The notes under the pieces: generated by a model | The model's database searches: none | What the model saw: the letters and a program-made list of their open reading frames with translations, nothing else | What the model was told of the DNA's origin: nothing | Part shown: one piece after another, positions 49,040 to 51,717 of the stretch | How the letters are laid out: each line of letters opens with the position of its first letter | Numbering within the stretch: position 1 is the stretch's first letter | Made by a program: the position numbers and the translations under genes | DNA from: Fonticula alba ATCC 38817 | Lineage: Eukaryota > Protista > Nucleariida | Reading direction: 5' to 3' (one strand) | DNA length: 51,717 nt | Assembly: GCA_000388065.2 (NCBI GenBank) | Contig: KB932211.1

Positions 49040-51191
49040 CACAGAGTGTCAAGAAGAAGACCGACAAGATCTCCCAGATGCTGGTGGCCTGCATCGACTC
49101 CGAGAGCAAGTACCTGGTTCGGTGCGTGGCCGCGGGCGTGTCCCCCCCCCCCCCCCCCGCCCCGAGGGTGGCTGCTGTGCTGGCCCTTTCTCCGCTCCCC
49201 CCCCCCCCCCCGCCGCGCCCTTCCGGGAGCCACCCTCGGGCGGCCAAGCGTGCGCAATGCTAACCATGGTTTGCCCCTCTCTCCCTCTCTCGCACACACA
49301 CACGCACGCACACCGACGCAGCTCCCTCGAGGGCAAGCTCCGCATCGGCCTGGCCGAGCAGACGGTGCTGGCAGCGCTGGCCCACGCGTCGGTCCTGTCC
49401 CGGCGGTTCCCCGACCGGCCGGGCAAACGCCCGGACCTGGAGCTGGACCCGGCCCTGCGGGAGGCCATGGCCGCGGCGGTGGCCACGGTCAAGCGGTCCT
49501 TCGTGCAGGTGTCCTCCTATGAGCACCTGGTGCCGGCCCTGCTGGAGCACGGGGCGCACCCGGGCGAGGCGCTGGAGGCCGCCTGCCAGCTGGTGGTCGG
49601 GGTCCCATGCAAGCCGATGCTGGCGCACCCGACCAAGTCCGTGGGCGAGGTGCTGGAGCGCTTCGCCGGCCGGCGCTTCACCTGCGAGTACAAGTACGAT
49701 GGCGAGCGGTGCCAGGTCCATGTGTGCGGGGAGACCGGCCGGGTGCGGCTCTTCTCCCGGAATCTGGAAGACCTGTCGCCCAAGTATCCGGAGCTGGCGG
49801 AGCGCATCATCCGGGCCGTGGTCCCGGGGCTGGCGGCCACCCGGGCGGCCGACGTGCCGGCCTTCCATGGGGACGTGGTCACCACCGCCAGCGGGGACCT
49901 CGAGGCGGCCACCGACACCGGGGCCGCCAGCTCGGTCATGGCCGCCGGCGAGGCCGCGGCCGGGGGCGGCGACACGCCGGCCGTGGTCGGCCAGGCCGTC
50001 AGCGAGACGCCCCTGCCGGTGGTCTTCGACCAGGTGCTGCCCTCGCTCAAGGGCGGGCCCTCTTTCATCCTGGACTCGGAGGCGGTGGCCGTGGACACGG
50101 CCTCGCGCAAGATCCTCCCCTTCCAGGTGCTGTCGACCCGCCGGCGCAAGCAGGCCGACGCCGACACCATCACGGTGCAGGTGTGCCTGTATGCCTTTGA
50201 TCTGCTGCACCTGGATGGGCGATGCCTGCTGCGGGCTTCCTTCCGCGAGCGGCGGGCCCTTCTCCGGGGGCGCTTCCGCCGGGTGCCGGGGGAGTTTGAG
50301 TTTGCCCTGTGCCGCGATGGCGGGGTCGAGATGCCGGACCCGGCGGCGGCCGTGGTGCTGGCGGCGGCCGCCGGTGACGCCGACGCCGACACCAAGACCG
50401 AGGCGGCCCCCATGGGGGGGGATGGCGACGGCCCGGCCGGCCGGGCGCCGGACCCCGCCCCGGCCGCCACCGCCCCCGATGCCGCCACCCATGCCATGGA
50501 GGACCTCATCACCCAGTTCCTGGAGGCCTCGGTGCGGGACCACTGCGAGGGGCTCATGGTCAAGACCCTGGACGGCCCGGACTCCACCTACCTGCCGGAC
50601 CGCCGGTCGCGGCACTGGCTCAAGGTGAAGAAGGACTACCTGGCCGGGGTGGGCGACAGTGTGGATTTGGCCGTCATCGGCGGGTATCTGGGCCGGGGCA
50701 AGCGCGCCGGGCGCTTTGGCGGCTACCTGCTTGCCTGCTGGGACGAGGACATGGAGACCTGGCAATCGGTGTGCAAGATCGGCACCGGCTTCAGCGACGA
50801 GCAGCTGGAGGCCTTTTCCCAGGCCCTCCGGCCGCACATCATCCCCCGGCCGCCGAGCTACTATGATGTGTCCGGCTCCGGGGCCGACTCGTCGACCCAG
50901 CTGGCCGGCGGGTCGACCGGCATCTGGCCGGATGTGTGGTTCGAGCCGTCGCAACTGTGGGAGGTCAAGTGCGCGGACTTGTCCCTGTCGCCGGTGCACA
51001 CGGCCGGCCGCGGCCTGGCCGACCCGCAGCGCGGCATCAGCCTGCGCTTCCCGCGGTTCATCCGCATCCGCGAGGACAAGGCCATCACCGACGCCACGAC
51101 CGCCTCGCAAATCGCCGACCTCTACCGCAACCAGGCCATCGTGTCGGGCTCGGCCTCCAGCTCCACGGCCTTCGATGAGGAGGACTATTGA
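47494..51191 (+). CDS. LIG1: DNA ligase I (ATP-dependent; Cdc9/LIG1), ~889 aa from the PIP-box-proximal Met; possibly N-terminally extended
   Basis: Exons 47494-47819, 47930-47986, 48090-48186, 48667-48909, 49045-49121 and 49322-51191 (2670 nt). Motifs: PIP-like ASISAFF; KPMLAHPT; motif I EYKYDGER (catalytic Lys at 49692-49694); FILDSE; YAFDLL; EGLMVK; WLKVKKDY; SLRFPRFIRIREDK. Confidence 0.97.
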
Positions 51192-51717
51192 GGCGTGTGC
51201 TGGCCGGGTGCTTTTTTGCTGGCTCCTGTGGCTGGGGGGGGCGGGGGCGGGGGCGAGGGGGGGGAGGTGCTCTCCCCCCCCCCCCCTTTTCGGCCAATAC
51301 ACCCTCCCTCCCTGTCTCTCTTCCTCTTTCTTGGTCCCCTCCTGGTGGTGTCCTGCCCTGCCGCCTCTTCGCGGACGGGCGGGCGGGCGGACGGCGCCGG
51401 CTGATTGTGGGCTGCGTCATGCGCGCGTGATGTGCGCTGCCGGGGCATGATGTCCGCGTGATGCGCGCATGTTGCGGGCTTTTTATATCCCGCTTTATGG
51501 GTCTTTCTTTTGGCAGCCCCCCTCCTGCCCCTTTTCCAGGGCCGAGTGTGTCGCGGTGTGTGCGAGTCCGGCGCACGCCGTCCCGTTGTCCATATATACA
51601 CATGCGCGTGTGCGTCGCGGGGTGGGCCGCCATTTCCTGGGGCACCTGCACCATGCGTGGTTGGCGGGCGGAGCCGGAAAGAGGGCATGGGGCCCGGGGG
51701 CGGGGGCGGGGGCGGGG

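Noticed and set aside
43064-49311. Very long antisense or alternative-frame ORFs (e.g. 1374 aa, 1241 aa) here and throughout the window
   Set aside because: Expected from high GC and strong GC3 bias, which deplete stop codons. The translations are Arg/Gly/Pro-rich without family motifs and overlap well-supported genes.

Overview
Very GC-rich, intron-containing eukaryotic genomic DNA from a draft assembly with 8 N-gaps. It resembles a unicellular opisthokont such as Fonticula (inference from composition, intron style and gene content). I reconstruct 10 protein-coding genes by hand from splice signals, reading phase and remembered family motifs. In order they are: a low-complexity protein ending in an Rsc7/Npl6-like domain (-), an orphan tail-anchored protein (+), Y14/RBM8A (-), Snapin (+), WDR20/CreC (+), an intronless MYND-finger protein (-), an ~1000-aa AMPK/SNF1 beta subunit (+), SRR1-like (+), a ~3500-aa protein (+) and DNA ligase I (+). 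There is also a 4-tRNA cluster (Asp-GTC, Ser-AGA, Ile-AAT, iMet-CAT) and many intronic micro/minisatellites. Most notable points: (1) the ~3500-aa protein appears to be a catalytically dead Yta7/ATAD2-like tandem AAA protein with extra Cys-rich modules; (2) the 5' splice site is almost invariantly GT(A/G)CG(T/C), with C at +4; (3) the AMPK-beta glycogen-binding module is degenerate; (4) LIG1 has a possible mitochondrial presequence; (5) the Y14 gene may carry a 3'UTR intron. All family assignments come from remembered motifs; no database search was run. No mobile elements, CRISPR arrays or rRNA were seen.
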